The notes: generated by a model from the sequence alone, not told the origin. DNA of 62,273 nt from a virus (IMGVR_UViG_3300046779_000501:1-62273), one strand, 5' to 3'. Counted from the stretch's first letter, positions 11,064 to 20,878 are shown. Made by a program: numbers and translations.

Positions 11064-14000
11064 ATGAACGCGTGCCCAATTGGTCCAGAATGGAATAGAT
11101 TAGTAAGAGCTGTTGGTGAATTCCAAGCTTATAAAGATTACGTAGAGAGCGGATATCAAGTCCGTACTCCAGAAGCGGTGCGTGAGAAATTAAACATGAC
11201 TTCATACGAACCTAGTGTTCGTATTAATGGTAACCTCTATGAGTCAGAACCTAATCTTACAGATAGACATATAGAAGATATATATCAGAACTATGTCAAT
11301 CTTATGAATCGAGTTCGTGCTGGTAAAGCTGTAGAGTTTGAAACATTTAGAAGTTTGATGTCTGCATACCAGGTAGTTAACTATAAGAACACCTATATAT
11401 TTGGACAATATGATAGAGGAAATGCTGTGTTCATTACAAGGATGAACAGCTCACCTTCTTCTAAAGAACTTTTAGCGGAAGCTATACCTGCAATTGTTCA
11501 GAAAGGTATAGACGTTATATCATTTGTTCCAGAGGACTACGCTAAGAAGTTAGAGAGAAGTGGTTATACTATATCTAAGGTAGGATTTAAATATGACTTC
11601 AAAGGTGAGAAGATGGTTAAGTATGCTGCTGCATCTAGTCCAGAAGTATTCACTAAAATCTTTGGTAAACCTGTAGACAAAATCAACAGTAAAGAGTTAG
11701 AAGAATATAATGAAGCATTAGATTTGAGATACGCAGGTGTGTCTATTGATAGCGCACTCATAGCTCAAGCAGGAAATGATACAGCTAATATTCTTGAGAC
11801 ATACTTGAATCAATTTGGTATAGTCGTTAAGGATATTGAATTAATGCAAAAGAAAGTTGGTATTGATACCATGGGTTTTGCAGACATCCTATCCAAGATT
11901 GCATATATAAAAGACAGGTCAGAACTTCCTGACATTGCTGGTAAGTTTATTGCTTACATGATGCAGCATAATCCTCTAGTTAAAGATATCGCAAGAGACC
12001 TTGCAAAAAATGAAGGATTACTAACAACTAGATGGTTAGAAAGAGAGGGTGGAGAAAGAACTTTAATTGATGATTACGATAGTTTACCTGAAGAAGTAAA
12101 AGACAAGTACTACACAATCATTGGAAAGTTAATTAGCGCTGACTTAAAAAACAAAGTAACTAAAGGTTACAGTAAGTCTATGCTCGGTAAGATTAAAGCA
12201 ATTCTTAAAGAGTTCTTTAACTTACTTAGAAAGGTTGACATCGGAAAGATCAATACTAATATTGGTATTATCACAAATAATATTCTACAACAGAACGAGA
12301 ATTTTATTAAAGCATCTCCTTATAAACCAGGAGCTCCAAAGAAACCAGTTCAAAAGGTATCTCTAGAAGCAGCATTAGCAAAAGATGCATTTGGTAAATC
12401 AATTATCTATAAGCTATCTAACTATGGTTTCATACTTACAGGTAGTACCGCTGTATCTGAACAAGGATTGATATTAAGACCAGACGAGAACCCATTACAT
12501 GATATTGACTGGGTGAGTCCGTTCAATAGAGCAGAGACAGAAGCTAAGTTTAGAGAAGTGTATCCAGATGCTATCAAGGTTCGCGATATTATTGACGTTG
12601 ATTATTTAACTGATACGTTTTTGATTGCTCCCGATGGACATAGTATTAGAAACTATACTCCGGAAGTAGTAACAAACTCTAAAGGACAAGATCGTATTGA
12701 AGTAAGATACTATGAGGTTGTTAATGATAAAGGTGAAGTCGTAGGTACATATAGTAAACCTGAGAGTGATGAGATCGTAGAAGGTGTTGAGGCTAAACTT
12801 ATTGACTTCTTTGTACGAAAAGATAATAAACACGAAAGAGGTGCTTATCAATTTGTTACAGGTGATGGTCAGTTAATCTACTTGAGTAACTGGAAAGATA
12901 CTTTTGCTGCTAAACTAGCATGGGCTCGCTATAAAGATATCTGGGATTACAATAGATTTATACCTAATGAGAATCTACCTTTCATGCGTTCAGTAAGAGA
13001 ATTAGCTGAGGTTGTGCCCGGAGTATCTACAATGCTAGAAGGTGTTGAGATTTCTCAAATGCGTACTGACAATCTAAGAGCGATGTCAAATGTAGAGTCT
13101 ATTGTTAGAGCTCTATCTGCTAAGTTGGGAATACCATACCAGTTTGTAACAAGTGCACAAGCTGCTGAGATGTTTGCATCTGCAGGATTACCATTTACTA
13201 ACCAAGCTGGTTTCTTTATGGGTGGTGTTGTGTATTTGCTTTCTGATAATTTAAATACAGATACAGCTTTCCACGAATTCTCTCACCCATTTATCAGAGC
13301 AATTAGATTTGAGAATGAGAAATTATTTAATAAGCTTTACAATGATCTAACTAAAACAGAGACTGGTAGAAAACTTATTAATGTTGTAGCGAGTTTATAT
13401 CCTGAAATGTCTCAAGATACAGAGGAGTTTAAAGAAGAGGTTCTTGTATTTGCTGTAAGTAGACATGCTTCTGATTTAGTAAAACAAATTACTGAAGAAG
13501 CAACTGATCCAAAGTTTAATGGCATTGTCGATAAGATAATGTATGCTATTAAACAACTACTAAGAAAGTATCTAGGTAAATCTATTAAGGTATCAGAACT
13601 AAATGCTGATACAACTATTGAGGATTTGTCTGCGATGTTGGTCGGTGCTACTGAAATTATTTTTGACAATGAGAACGTTAGTCAAAGTGATGTTATATCT
13701 GAGGAGCGTCGTGGTAGAGAAGAGGTAAATCAATTACTTGGTCTTGGTGCAAAACCTTCAGGAGAGAAAGTATTACAAAATACAATTAATGACATATATA
13801 CAACAGCTATTAATCATGCTAACAAACTTTTGAAGAACAAGAGTTTGAAAGAAATGGCTGAAGTATTACGTTCTGTGTCAGATGAGTCTGACTACAAAAG
13901 AATTGTTTCTGATTTGAATGCTTTCCAAACAGAGCTTACTGGGAGAATAGAAAATATTCGTGACAGTGCGTTGTACGAAAGAAATCGTGCGGAAGCATTG

Positions 14001-17000
14001 ATAAACACACTATATCGATTAGAGAATATGAGTGAGAAGATGGTGCGATATATGGCAGAACTTCTTAAAGAAGAAGCTACACCAGAAATCGTAAGACGTT
14101 TCCACAACTATAATCAGATCGTAAGAGAGTGGGAAAAAGTTATGGCTGATATGAGATCAGCGCTTGCTAGAGAAGGTATCATTAATAATGAACTTACTAC
14201 TTTAGTTTCAAAGATTAATTCTAACCTAGAGACAGCGAATGATTTTGACATTGAGTTGGGTATGCGTGGTTCTGAAGAACTACTTACTAAAACTTTGGAA
14301 CCTTTAGCTGAACAAGTTAGAACTTATTATGAAGGAGTCATAGCAGAATTAGAAAAGAAAGGAGCACCAGACAGAATACTAGCTCGATATAGAGCTGAGT
14401 ATGAAGATGCAAAACTAGATAGAGGTGCTGTAAAGGATTGGTTATCTGGTAAGCGTGGTGACACACATCCTATCAGTGCGTGGTTGGAATCTTTCATGAA
14501 CATTCAGGATCCTATTATCTTCGGTTTAGCTTCTTATATTAATGATAACATTAGTGAAGTATTAGTTAAAGCACAACAGAGACAGAATCAAGTTACTGCT
14601 GAATTGATGACAATGATTCAAGCAGCAGGATTAGACGCTAAGAACTTAGCAGAGTTTAGAGAAGCTGTTTCTTATGTAGAGAAAGAAGGTATCTATAATC
14701 AGAAAGGAGAATATGTTCCTAGAGATAGATATGCATTTATCCATCATCTTAAAGGATGGAGAGATGACATGGGTAGACTTCAGAATGCTATCAAGGAAGC
14801 AGAGAAGAAAGCTGTAGAAACAGGAGACAAAACAGAACTTACTGCTTTGCGATCTGCACTTAAGCAGTATCTAGATGATCATTACTACGACGAGTACGAC
14901 AACCGCGTGCGTGCCGCAGAAAGTTTGTTTACTAAAGATGAGATTGGTAAGAAAGCATACATTGCTCGATGGGATATTATATCTAAGATTAATAACTTAG
15001 ATAGTAGTAGACGTCAAAGAGAAGACTATTTGGATTCTGATTTTATCAATGAGCGTAAAAGCTACTGGGAGGATTACAGAAACTTGTACTCTCTAACTAA
15101 AGCTGACGGCACAAGTAAGGATCCAAATAGCGATGAATATAAAATTGCAGTAAGATTGTTAGAACATAGAGCTGCTACAAAGCAATTCTACGAGCAAGTA
15201 CCTATTAAGGGTATGTTCCAAGGAGCACTTAAGACTTTCGAACAACAACTTATATATAAAGGAATCAATCCCGGTAGTAAAGCTTGGGATGAAGAACGTA
15301 ATCGTTGGATAGAAGAGAACACTGTTGTTAGAGTAACACCTCAGTTCTGGATAGACGTTCAAGATGTTCTACAAAAGATTAGAAATATTAAAGCTAAGCT
15401 ACCTCAAGATACACAAGAGAAGCTAAAGATGGATGAGTTGTTCAAGGAATTGAACGATCAGATGAGCGCTTATAGAGATGACAACGGTCAACCCGATGGT
15501 AGCATCATGTCCGAAAAGAAGAAGAACCGCATCAAAGAACTTGACGAGGAGATTGATAATGCAAGAGACATGTTATCTAAGCTAAGTAACTTAACTCCTG
15601 AAGAGGATAAGTTTATGAAAGACTTTGAAACAGATCTTGCGTTGTTTAGTTTTACACAGAATCAGTTCTATCAAACAGATGATTTTGATTCAATAGATGA
15701 GCAGTTCTTTAAGAACAACCCAGAAAGATACGCAAGATACCAACAACTTGCAGATAAGAAAAAGGACGCGTCGTTATCCGAAATGGATATTGATGATTTG
15801 AATTACTTATACAAACAGTTGAATGCATTAAGAAGTCGTTCAGCAACTACTCAGTACTATGATCAGATTAATAGTTTTATCAAAACTGATCAGAACGGAC
15901 AAGGTATTGATCCAACTTACTTAGAAGAGAAAACCGGATTGAATTACTTTGATAGTTATAATATTGATGTGCTTACAGAAGATGCGGAAGCTCTACAAGA
16001 TTTGTTTGAACAAAGTCCTGAGTTTGAAAAGTGGTTTAAAGCTAATCACATTAAAAAGGAATTCGAATACACATACGGTCCTAATGAAGGTGAAAAGAAA
16101 ATTACTTACAAGAGATCTAGTGCTTGGAGTGTAACTCGTCCTAATGATGAGAAGTACTACGAGAAAACTGACATCTTAGATGAAGCAGGTAATGTTGAGG
16201 AGACTATTAATAGAGTACCTAATCAAACTTATTTTAGAAGAGCGCTTAAGAAAGAGTACAGAACTGAAAGAGTTACTATGAAGGAAGCTCTTGAGATGGG
16301 CGATCTTACAAAAGCTACTGTTGACGAGCAGGGTCGTTGGTTACCACGTCCTGATAGTAAATACAGAAATGATGAGTACTTCCAAATGAAGTCTGTAAAC
16401 AAAGCTAAGTTTGATTTAGTAAATAAATTACTCTTGACTCACTTACAGAACCAAGAAGGACTGAATGTTAATGCTAGACTAGGGGTATTCTTACCGCGTT
16501 ATCGTAAAGATAAATACGAGATGTTTACATCGGGAGAAACAAAAGATCGTTTCCAGTCTATGATTAAGAACTTCAAAGCGTCTTTCCAAAAAGCTGTTGA
16601 TGATTATAGCGAAGGATACAATGCTGAGAATCAAGTTACGTATGTAAGTTTGGATATGTTTGATAAGGAACTTGCTGGTATTCCAATTACAGGTAAGTTT
16701 GACCTAGATCTTAATGAAACATCTGAAGATGTAATCTCCGGATTGTTTAGATATATGTTATCAGCAGAGCGCCAGAAGAAACTTATTGAGATTAACCCTA
16801 ACGTAAGAGCAATTCAAAAGGTTGTAAATAGTGAGGAGGGTAAAGTAAAAGATATGCTTAAAGCAAACAAACGTGATTACTTAACTCAGGGAATTACGAA
16901 CTTTGCTACTAAGAAAGGAAGATCTGTAAGATCGCAAGTCATTAATGCATTTATAGAGCGTGAGTTTGAAGGTAAGCAACTTGCAGGACCTACAGAAAAC

Positions 17001-18398
17001 ATGACTGCTATAAACAAGTCTGCTAATCTTATAATGGGATTATCGTCATATGCATTCTTTGCATTTGATATGCAGTCAGCTTTGAAAAACTCATTCAATG
17101 CTACCTTCCAGTCTATCATATATGCTGCGGGTGGTAAAGGATTAAGTCAAAAGAGTTTAGCGAAAGGTGCGTACTGGGCGCAATTTGCGTCAGCTGCTGT
17201 ATCTTTTGAGATTAATAAGTTTGGTCCAAAGTCTTTGGATGTACAACTTATTGAGATGTTCGATCCTGAAGTAACTCGATTTGATAAAAACGACGGTGAG
17301 AAGTTTGCTGAAAGTTCTACAAGAAGTTTCAAACGAGATGTAGCTAATCTAAAGTGGGTAACTAACTTCAGAGCATGGAGTCAGATGAATGCTACATTGC
17401 AGTTGTTTGGTGGATTGATGCATCACCAGAAGGTAAATCAAACTATCAATGGTGTCACAACAGAGATTCCATATCTAGAAGCTTGGGAGATTAAGAATAA
17501 TCAATTAACTCTTAAGGAAGGTATAGATAAAGAATGGGAAGTTGGTGGTAAAAAGTTCTTACAGATGCGTAATAAAGTTCAAGCTGCTAATAAGAACTTG
17601 AATGGTTCTCTATCAAGAATGGATCAACCTATGGCAAACCGTTACATGGTCTACAGAACAGTCGCTTATATGAAAACATGGTTTACCCGTCAGTTCATGA
17701 GCAGATTTGGATACCGTGGAAACTGGAGAAATCCAAAACATCGTTGGGATATACAGTCAAATGAGATGGTGATGGGTTACTATACTGAAGCTTTAGATGC
17801 TATTGCTAAAGGTATTATATCATTAGGAAAGGACTTTAAGTACATGACACCTGACCAAAAGGTAGCCGTAAGAAAGATGCTAACTGAATTAGCAATCGGT
17901 ATATTAGGTCCTCTTTTGATTAATTTCTTATTTGATTATGACGATGACGATCCAGAAAGATACGAAAAACTTCGTCAGAAGTCAGGAGCGTTACCTCTAT
18001 TAGGTGTTGCTGAAGATCCTCTACATGAGTTTAATGCAACCGGTTGGGCAGAAAATCAAGCATTGCTACTTAGTAAAACTACCATGAATGAGTTAGGAGC
18101 ATTTATTCCGCTACCCGGATTCGGTGCTGACGACTATATCAATATGCTTAAACTGGAATCAGTAGCTGTAAGTAGTACAGTAACCAACTTAGGTAAAGCA
18201 TTCTTTAATCTAGCGGGGTTGCTAACAGGAGACCCGTCTACAGATTATAAACGAGATGTAGGACCTTATGAATGGCAACAAGAGGGTGCACCTAAGATTC
18301 TAAACTTCCTAGCAAAAACGGGTGGTTTGAACGGAAAGCAGATCGAAGGAGCAAACGCATTAAAAAACTTTGAAAGTGCACAAGAACGTTTCAAATAA
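11064..18398 (+). CDS. Giant polyvalent virion cargo/ejection protein with zincin-like and nucleotidyltransferase-like domains (2444 aa)
   Basis: N-terminal MNACP...EW..L start typical of crAss cargo proteins. HEFSH zincin motif at 13272-13286. LTGSTAV...HDIDWV motif at about 12426-12515. Long helical C-terminal region. Confidence 0.75.
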   Translation: MNACPIGPEWNRLVRAVGEFQAYKDYVESGYQVRTPEAVREKLNMTSYEPSVRINGNLYESEPNLTDRHIEDIYQNYVNLMNRVRAGKAVEFETFRSLMSAYQVVNYKNTYIFGQYDRGNAVFITRMNSSPSSKELLAEAIPAIVQKGIDVISFVPEDYAKKLERSGYTISKVGFKYDFKGEKMVKYAAASSPEVFTKIFGKPVDKINSKELEEYNEALDLRYAGVSIDSALIAQAGNDTANILETYLNQFGIVVKDIELMQKKVGIDTMGFADILSKIAYIKDRSELPDIAGKFIAYMMQHNPLVKDIARDLAKNEGLLTTRWLEREGGERTLIDDYDSLPEEVKDKYYTIIGKLISADLKNKVTKGYSKSMLGKIKAILKEFFNLLRKVDIGKINTNIGIITNNILQQNENFIKASPYKPGAPKKPVQKVSLEAALAKDAFGKSIIYKLSNYGFILTGSTAVSEQGLILRPDENPLHDIDWVSPFNRAETEAKFREVYPDAIKVRDIIDVDYLTDTFLIAPDGHSIRNYTPEVVTNSKGQDRIEVRYYEVVNDKGEVVGTYSKPESDEIVEGVEAKLIDFFVRKDNKHERGAYQFVTGDGQLIYLSNWKDTFAAKLAWARYKDIWDYNRFIPNENLPFMRSVRELAEVVPGVSTMLEGVEISQMRTDNLRAMSNVESIVRALSAKLGIPYQFVTSAQAAEMFASAGLPFTNQAGFFMGGVVYLLSDNLNTDTAFHEFSHPFIRAIRFENEKLFNKLYNDLTKTETGRKLINVVASLYPEMSQDTEEFKEEVLVFAVSRHASDLVKQITEEATDPKFNGIVDKIMYAIKQLLRKYLGKSIKVSELNADTTIEDLSAMLVGATEIIFDNENVSQSDVISEERRGREEVNQLLGLGAKPSGEKVLQNTINDIYTTAINHANKLLKNKSLKEMAEVLRSVSDESDYKRIVSDLNAFQTELTGRIENIRDSALYERNRAEALINTLYRLENMSEKMVRYMAELLKEEATPEIVRRFHNYNQIVREWEKVMADMRSALAREGIINNELTTLVSKINSNLETANDFDIELGMRGSEELLTKTLEPLAEQVRTYYEGVIAELEKKGAPDRILARYRAEYEDAKLDRGAVKDWLSGKRGDTHPISAWLESFMNIQDPIIFGLASYINDNISEVLVKAQQRQNQVTAELMTMIQAAGLDAKNLAEFREAVSYVEKEGIYNQKGEYVPRDRYAFIHHLKGWRDDMGRLQNAIKEAEKKAVETGDKTELTALRSALKQYLDDHYYDEYDNRVRAAESLFTKDEIGKKAYIARWDIISKINNLDSSRRQREDYLDSDFINERKSYWEDYRNLYSLTKADGTSKDPNSDEYKIAVRLLEHRAATKQFYEQVPIKGMFQGALKTFEQQLIYKGINPGSKAWDEERNRWIEENTVVRVTPQFWIDVQDVLQKIRNIKAKLPQDTQEKLKMDELFKELNDQMSAYRDDNGQPDGSIMSEKKKNRIKELDEEIDNARDMLSKLSNLTPEEDKFMKDFETDLALFSFTQNQFYQTDDFDSIDEQFFKNNPERYARYQQLADKKKDASLSEMDIDDLNYLYKQLNALRSRSATTQYYDQINSFIKTDQNGQGIDPTYLEEKTGLNYFDSYNIDVLTEDAEALQDLFEQSPEFEKWFKANHIKKEFEYTYGPNEGEKKITYKRSSAWSVTRPNDEKYYEKTDILDEAGNVEETINRVPNQTYFRRALKKEYRTERVTMKEALEMGDLTKATVDEQGRWLPRPDSKYRNDEYFQMKSVNKAKFDLVNKLLLTHLQNQEGLNVNARLGVFLPRYRKDKYEMFTSGETKDRFQSMIKNFKASFQKAVDDYSEGYNAENQVTYVSLDMFDKELAGIPITGKFDLDLNETSEDVISGLFRYMLSAERQKKLIEINPNVRAIQKVVNSEEGKVKDMLKANKRDYLTQGITNFATKKGRSVRSQVINAFIEREFEGKQLAGPTENMTAINKSANLIMGLSSYAFFAFDMQSALKNSFNATFQSIIYAAGGKGLSQKSLAKGAYWAQFASAAVSFEINKFGPKSLDVQLIEMFDPEVTRFDKNDGEKFAESSTRSFKRDVANLKWVTNFRAWSQMNATLQLFGGLMHHQKVNQTINGVTTEIPYLEAWEIKNNQLTLKEGIDKEWEVGGKKFLQMRNKVQAANKNLNGSLSRMDQPMANRYMVYRTVAYMKTWFTRQFMSRFGYRGNWRNPKHRWDIQSNEMVMGYYTEALDAIAKGIISLGKDFKYMTPDQKVAVRKMLTELAIGILGPLLINFLFDYDDDDPERYEKLRQKSGALPLLGVAEDPLHEFNATGWAENQALLLSKTTMNELGAFIPLPGFGADDYINMLKLESVAVSSTVTNLGKAFFNLAGLLTGDPSTDYKRDVGPYEWQQEGAPKILNFLAKTGGLNGKQIEGANALKNFESAQERFK

Positions 18399-18410
18399 GA
18401 AAATTCTTTT

Positions 18411-18423
18411 GTATATTATATAT
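18411..18423 (+). promoter_or_regulatory. Candidate late promoter motif GTATATTATATAT
   Basis: Identical 13-mer at 58940-58952. Both copies lie just upstream of + strand structural/lysis operons. Confidence 0.5.
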
Positions 18424-18446
18424 GTAAACTATTAAAAATAAACACA

Positions 18447-18869
18447 ATGGCATTCATAGACATTTTTAACTACAAAAAGTACTTTGCTAAAAATTCAGAT
18501 GCTCAGGTAGCACGAATTGGGCACGTCAACAAACTTGCAGAAAGAGTCGTATCCTCTGCTGTAGTAACACAGCAAACAGATTTAATAACACCGGTTACTC
18601 TAAATGCATATGCAGGAAGAATAATTATGGCTGCTGATTTTAATGGTTTTGTTGGATTTCTTGATACGACTTTTACGTTTAACAACGATAAGATTAAAAC
18701 AGATTCTATAATTTTGCTAACCTTGTCAGGTGGTACAGCATCAGCTCCATTCACATATACACTTGCTACTAATATTACTGATGGTGCATGTGATTTAGTT
18801 GTAGGACTAGATCCGAACTCAGGAGCTTTAGTTGATCCAGTGGTTCATTTCTTAATTATTAACCCCTAA
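18447..18869 (+). CDS. Putative virion structural protein (beta-rich, 140 aa)
   Basis: Beta-strand-rich T/G/A composition, late-region position, AT-rich leader. Confidence 0.5.
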   Translation: MAFIDIFNYKKYFAKNSDAQVARIGHVNKLAERVVSSAVVTQQTDLITPVTLNAYAGRIIMAADFNGFVGFLDTTFTFNNDKIKTDSIILLTLSGGTASAPFTYTLATNITDGACDLVVGLDPNSGALVDPVVHFLIINP

Positions 18870-19414
18870 TGAAAAAGTACACAGTAGACCAACTTAAAGC
18901 AGAGTTCAAAAAACACGGTTATGATTGGCCTGTGTTTCACTTAGTGGGTATCAGATCTAATGCTAATGCTAAGAATCAGTTTGATGATCTTATTGGTGTA
19001 ATTGAGAAAGATAACATCACTTGGTATACTTGTACTACTAATCCCGGTACTCACTGGTTGCAGAACTTGTTGAACCCAAAAGGTGCTGCTATGTTAGTTC
19101 CTGGTCAATGGGATGACTGTTGGAAAATTGGTCTACATCAAGGTAAGTACGAAGCACTAACACAATGTGCAAATGTTACTGTATATAGAGATGGAGATAA
19201 AGATGATGTAGCTGAAGAATCTAAAGTAACAGAGACTGGTATCTTTGGTATCAACATTCACCGTGCTAATCCTAGTTTAGTATCTAAGCTTATAGATAAA
19301 TGGTCTGCGGGATGTCAAGTACTTAATGATCCAAAACAATTTGCAGAGTTACTAGGTAAGTGTAAGAAGTCAGGATTTAAGAAGTTTACATATACACTTT
19401 TGAAAGAGTTCTAA
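18869..19414 (+). CDS. Putative endolysin, L,D-transpeptidase (YkuD)-like cysteine enzyme
   Basis: GINIH...WSAGCQV matches the His...S-x-G-C YkuD catalytic motif. Directly followed by holin-like and spanin-like genes. Confidence 0.65.
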   Translation: MKKYTVDQLKAEFKKHGYDWPVFHLVGIRSNANAKNQFDDLIGVIEKDNITWYTCTTNPGTHWLQNLLNPKGAAMLVPGQWDDCWKIGLHQGKYEALTQCANVTVYRDGDKDDVAEESKVTETGIFGINIHRANPSLVSKLIDKWSAGCQVLNDPKQFAELLGKCKKSGFKKFTYTLLKEF

Positions 19415-19665
19415 TGAAAGACATGATGAAAAGTATTTTCTCCTCTAAAGGAGAATTATCTTTTAAAAGAATTAGTTCTGGACTAACTCTTATCGTACTA
19501 CTTTCTCTAGCATATATAAACACATATACAGAGCATAAGACTCCAGACTATGTATTTGATTGGTTAGTACTAATAGTAGTAGCTGGTTACGGAGGTACTG
19601 TAGCGGAAGAAATCTTTAAAAAGAAAACCAATGTCACCCCAACAGAAGAAGGAACAACTAATTAA
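19414..19665 (+). CDS. Putative holin (2 TM)
   Basis: 83 aa, two hydrophobic helices, S-x-KR N-terminal motif, charged C-terminus, adjacent to the endolysin. Confidence 0.65.
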   Translation: MKDMMKSIFSSKGELSFKRISSGLTLIVLLSLAYINTYTEHKTPDYVFDWLVLIVVAGYGGTVAEEIFKKKTNVTPTEEGTTN

Positions 19666-19993
19666 AGACATCTTTCTTGTAGTTATTATATGTATAGTAG
19701 CTACAGTATTTGTCTATGAGATGTATAGAACTAGTACTCTAGAGATACACACTAACCAACTGAAAGAAAAGATCTCACTAGATAGTCTTACTCAAGATTC
19801 TCTTGAGATGAAAATCTTACACGACAGTCTAGCACATATGGATAGTCTAAGAGTACTTCATATTAAACACTTAAAAGATCTAGATAATGCAAACAATGAT
19901 CAGCGCAACCAAGACATTGATATTATTAAGCGTGCTTCTAATAAGCAACTTGACAGTCTGTGGTCAATTTACTCCCCAAAGATTAGTAATTAA
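19631..19993 (+). CDS. Putative inner-membrane spanin-like protein
   Basis: N-terminal TM followed by a coiled-coil. Overlaps the next gene within the lysis cassette. Confidence 0.45.
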   Translation: MSPQQKKEQLIKDIFLVVIICIVATVFVYEMYRTSTLEIHTNQLKEKISLDSLTQDSLEMKILHDSLAHMDSLRVLHIKHLKDLDNANNDQRNQDIDIIKRASNKQLDSLWSIYSPKISN

Positions 19994-20348
19994 TGGACAG
20001 TCAGGAGTATTTCTTACTCCTGTAGAAGAACGTGCCGTACTTACTGCACTAGTAGACTTACGTTATTATTCTAAAGGTATCATTCTAAGAGATAGTATAA
20101 TCTTAGATTCTGAAAAAAGGATTGTTGATAAGAATTTAGAGATTAAGTTATTAACATCTAAGTATAATAATTGTATAGGTGATCAAAAAGAACTGGGTAA
20201 AAAGTATAATAGCGTCATAGAAGACTATAATAAGCTTGTTATTGATAATGAAGTGTTAAAAACTAAAAATAATACTATTAAGAATTGGACGTTTGGGTTA
20301 GCTTGTAGTACCTTAATACTAGGTACTTTGCTAATCGTAACAAACTAA
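19887..20348 (+). CDS. Putative spanin-like protein (signal peptide, coiled coil, C-terminal TM)
   Basis: Signal-like N-terminus LILLSVLLISNLTVC-GQ, heptad region, C-terminal hydrophobic helix. Overlaps the previous gene by 107 nt. Confidence 0.45.
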   Translation: MQTMISATKTLILLSVLLISNLTVCGQFTPQRLVINGQSGVFLTPVEERAVLTALVDLRYYSKGIILRDSIILDSEKRIVDKNLEIKLLTSKYNNCIGDQKELGKKYNSVIEDYNKLVIDNEVLKTKNNTIKNWTFGLACSTLILGTLLIVTN

Positions 20349-20503
20349 TGGACAGTAATTTTTATTTTTTAAGAGCACAGATACGTGCTATGAATCCTGA
20401 TTGGACTCAAGAACAAATCAATGAAGAGGTTAAAAAAATCATGGAACAGCACGATGACTGGCATGATAATGAAGATGATGGTTGTTTATATTGCGGATCT
20501 TAA
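20348..20503 (+). CDS. 51-aa micro-protein ending EDDGCLYCGS (not in ORF track)
   Basis: ATG overlaps the upstream stop (TAATG). Translation MDSNFYFLRAQIRAMNPDWTQEQINEEVKKIMEQHDDWHDNEDDGCLYCGS. Confidence 0.7.
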   Translation: MDSNFYFLRAQIRAMNPDWTQEQINEEVKKIMEQHDDWHDNEDDGCLYCGS

Positions 20504-20515
20504 CTATATTAGTAT

Positions 20516-20878
20516 ATGAAGAAAATTAAAAAGTATCAAAAGGGTAGTCAAGTAAAACCTACTACTCGTGATCAACAAGTAGTTAGAAAAAAACTAGATC
20601 CATCTGATCCTGCTCTTAAAGGAGTAGCAACAAAAATATTAAATGATACAACAAGCAGAAGTTTTGAACCAGCAAGAGCTAGTGGTAAACCTTCTATGTC
20701 TTCTTTCGATCCTAAAAGAGCTGGTAGTTCTAATAAACCTGTTAATGATAGAGGATGGGCGGCTCCTGTAAATGGAGATAGAAAAGCAGAAGATCTTTTT
20801 AAAAATCCTTATAAGAAGGGTGGACCTGTAACAGCATTAAATAAAGTACAAGAGATGTATTCTAAGAAAAAGAAGTAA
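20516..20878 (+). CDS. Small basic protein with KYQKG/YKKGG motifs
   Basis: Lys-rich, low complexity. Y-x-KG(G) motifs near both ends. Confidence 0.6.
   Translation: MKKIKKYQKGSQVKPTTRDQQVVRKKLDPSDPALKGVATKILNDTTSRSFEPARASGKPSMSSFDPKRAGSSNKPVNDRGWAAPVNGDRKAEDLFKNPYKKGGPVTALNKVQEMYSKKKK

Noticed and set aside
258-18754. Short antisense ORFs inside the giant + strand genes
   Set aside because: They are shadow ORFs fully overlapping well-supported genes, with no motifs.
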